Source: Pseudomonas phage EL
Strand: one strand, 5' to 3'
DNA length: 64,000 nt
Sequence record: AJ697969.1
Shown here: positions 62,020 to 64,000 of the stretch, in pieces
Layout: each line of letters begins with the position of its first letter
How positions within the stretch are numbered: the stretch's first letter is position 1
Made by a program: the position numbers and the translations under genes
Notes under the pieces: generated by a model
What the model was told of the DNA's origin: nothing
The model's input: only the letters and a program-made list of their open reading frames with translations
Database searches by the model: none

Positions 62020-64000
62020 ATGATTATCCTTGGCGGGGAACCCCCTTTCATCGAAAACCCTGAACCCAGGTTCGGTGGAGTGATCTCCAAGCTCAATGAG
62101 ATGACCTACAAACTGGAAGCGTGTGTTCACAGCTACAATGAGGGGACTAAAGAAAAGATCCGGTTGTTCAACGCAAACCTGAATGATTTCATTAACCAAG
62201 CCATTGTCCCCATTGACGCCCACATCAATTCCCGGGGGGCAGTCCACGGTGAAACCAAACGGACGATTGGGTTGGGCCTTAAGGACAACTACCGGACGGC
62301 TACCCTGGCGGAACAACAGTCGCTAACGCCTGTGTTGGCGTATGTGACCCCTCACGGTGCTCGCGCTGCGGTTGTAGCCAACAACGTCGGTTATAACGGC
62401 GCGGATTATCAACCCAATGACGTGTTTCAATTCTCGTCGTTCTACAACCCGGATGAATACCCGGTAGTTCCTCCAACGGTGGTTCAACCCATTCGTTATT
62501 TTGGGTACTCCTTGAATGTCGGGATGATGATCAACAACGACCGTCTGGTGTTGTCTCCGGTTACCGATCCGTCTCGTTACCAACGGTACACCGCCTTCTT
62601 GTCTGGTTCTCTGGCGAACGCAGGGGGAACACAGTTCTCGGAGATTCAGAACCTCAACGCGTATTACACCGGACGGAATTGGAATGCGGTAGGAGGGTTT
62701 ACCAGTTCGGGCAAAGTGGCCTTCTTTAAACCCCTGGCTGAGAAGAAGATCTACGAGTTCAAGAACACCCTCCCATTAACCCCCAGTAGTGCTAACTTCC
62801 TGCTGTATCAAGGGTATAGCACGGCGGTCTATAAAGGACTGGGGGTTAGTTGGGAACGAGTCGGTACGGTTCTGACCCTAAAGCACTATTTCTTCAACGT
62901 GAACTTCCTGGAAACCGATCCCACTTTGGTGGAGCAGGTGACTGCGTCGTACACCGCCCGGTTTACTCAGATCAATAAAACACCGTATACCGGACCGGCT
63001 AACGGGAGTCATTCGTACGACATTAATGACTTTGTGACCCTGAGTGCAGGTCAGACCCTGGAGATGAATGGAGGACTGCAACCCACCACAGCCCTCTTCT
63101 GGAACATTCAAGACCGGGAAATCTACCTCTTTGTCGTTATTCCGGTGAATGTGGTCCAAGGGGGTATTCGTCGGCCGTATAACCTCTCCTTCGTGGAATC
63201 CATTGTCCCGGGTACCTTGGAGAATGGAGGAACGGCAACCTTTACCCAACTGGGTAATTTGGTCAAGGACATTATTCAACCGAATATGCTACCCACTGCT
63301 GACGCTAAATGGTTGCGGTACGCGAACACCTGGGATTTCAATAATCCGACCTGGTATCCTGGGATCGTTCTGAAGTCAGGGGAAGTGGTTAAAGCGGTCG
63401 CCACGAAGAACGGTCTACGGGTTAAGCGATTTACCACACCCCATAAAGGCTTGAGGGAATGGGTGTTGGGAGAACGGGCTGAAGTGGGGATGAATGAAGT
63501 TCGTACAGAGTTTTATCCTCCGTCACGCCATAGTCCTTTTGGGCCGGTTCCTGATCGCTTATTCCCCATTGAACACACCGCTGGTACCACGCGGTATCTG
63601 GCTTATTCCGTTGACAGTGAAACTGGGTTGTATGAGTGGAGTGAGTTGACCTGGTCGAATACCTCCATTGTGGGTGTAACCACGGGGAATAAGTTCGGTA
63701 TTGTTCCAGCGGATGTTGGGATTATTAATAGGGAGTTGACCCGTATCCCTAGGGCCATGGCGTCGTTTGCTAGCCTGCTGGTGGATGGAGTCAGTATCAA
63801 CGCCCTGTGTTTCACACCGGATAACCAGTATACCGGGTATGCTTCAATCGCCATGGCGAATGGACGAGTCCAGTTGGGCGCTGAGGTCAAACTCTCCCCA
63901 ACCAGCTTGATTACCCTGCAAGCCGCCAGTGGGGGTATTCTGGCTCGTGCAGCCATTGCGAACCCTCAAGTCAACAACGCCCTCAGGGAAAGTGTGATCA
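62020..64000 (+). CDS. fourth fiber-like protein, 3'-truncated at the window edge (more than 660 aa)
   Basis: Absent from the ORF track because no stop falls within the window. ATG at 62020 follows TGGAGTAG 6 nt upstream. The frame is open to nt 64000. Compositionally fiber-like (Gly/Thr/Asn-rich). Confidence 0.55.
   Translation, partial: MIILGGEPPFIENPEPRFGGVISKLNEMTYKLEACVHSYNEGTKEKIRLFNANLNDFINQAIVPIDAHINSRGAVHGETKRTIGLGLKDNYRTATLAEQQSLTPVLAYVTPHGARAAVVANNVGYNGADYQPNDVFQFSSFYNPDEYPVVPPTVVQPIRYFGYSLNVGMMINNDRLVLSPVTDPSRYQRYTAFLSGSLANAGGTQFSEIQNLNAYYTGRNWNAVGGFTSSGKVAFFKPLAEKKIYEFKNTLPLTPSSANFLLYQGYSTAVYKGLGVSWERVGTVLTLKHYFFNVNFLETDPTLVEQVTASYTARFTQINKTPYTGPANGSHSYDINDFVTLSAGQTLEMNGGLQPTTALFWNIQDREIYLFVVIPVNVVQGGIRRPYNLSFVESIVPGTLENGGTATFTQLGNLVKDIIQPNMLPTADAKWLRYANTWDFNNPTWYPGIVLKSGEVVKAVATKNGLRVKRFTTPHKGLREWVLGERAEVGMNEVRTEFYPPSRHSPFGPVPDRLFPIEHTAGTTRYLAYSVDSETGLYEWSELTWSNTSIVGVTTGNKFGIVPADVGIINRELTRIPRAMASFASLLVDGVSINALCFTPDNQYTGYASIAMANGRVQLGAEVKLSPTSLITLQAASGGILARAAIANPQVNNALRESVI

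Noticed and set aside
46608-64000. Diversity-generating retroelement targeting the fiber genes or the YGRLVFKEL repeats
   Set aside because: No reverse transcriptase ORF and no near-identical template/variable repeat pair at nucleotide level. The repeats differ at synonymous sites.

Overview
This 64 kb window comes from a large tailed dsDNA phage. It probably belongs to a jumbo, phiKZ-like myovirus whose host has enterobacterial-type codon usage, but that placement is inferred from gene content and codon patterns, not from any identified homolog. Coding density is about 90%. Genes sit in long co-directional blocks with ATGA/TAATG start-stop overlaps. The blocks are separated by GC-rich hairpin terminators of a recurring CCTACC...GGTAGG family.

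Contents in order:
- (i) 3-4762: a 5'-truncated plus-strand gene, then two large minus-strand genes of 976 and 357 aa.
- (ii) 4796-19717: a 14-gene plus-strand block of virion-type proteins. It includes a protein with a strongly acidic N-terminal propeptide and host-optimal codons (9677-10933).
- (iii) 19718-21981: a repeat-rich 350-nt noncoding region, then small genes including a ParB/Srx-like protein.
- (iv) 22047-23579, minus strand: a DnaB-family helicase.
- (v) 24233-26458: a 741-aa major-capsid-like protein with E. coli-optimal codons and a repetitive x-E-rich N-terminal region, followed by three large ORFs of 378-781 aa.
- (vi) 31880-43540: an accessory island of about 25 small plus-strand genes. 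It holds a strongly expressed glycine-zipper membrane protein with a downstream signal-peptide mini-protein, a pair of 260-aa paralogs, an octapeptide beta-solenoid repeat protein, a small P-loop NTPase, tRNA-Thr(CGU), and a roughly 300-nt structured noncoding stretch closed by a strong intrinsic terminator.
- (vii) 43613-46585, minus strand: a 990-aa protein with a polyacidic C-terminal tail. It diverges from a 773-aa protein with C-terminal YGRLVFKEL-type repeats (46608-48929).
- (viii) 48944-53909: small ORFs, a RuvC-like resolvase, a 2-TM membrane protein, and an overlapped i-spanin/o-spanin pair.
- (ix) 54025 to beyond 64000: four consecutive fiber-like genes that share an N-terminal module, two of them about 1190-aa paralogs.

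I did not recognise any rRNA, CRISPR array, integrase, transposase or reverse transcriptase. The phiKZ-type hallmarks (chimallin, PhuZ tubulin, split multisubunit RNAP) are also not recognisable here. Most products cannot be named from sequence alone. Coordinates of short motifs are approximate to within about 2 nt.
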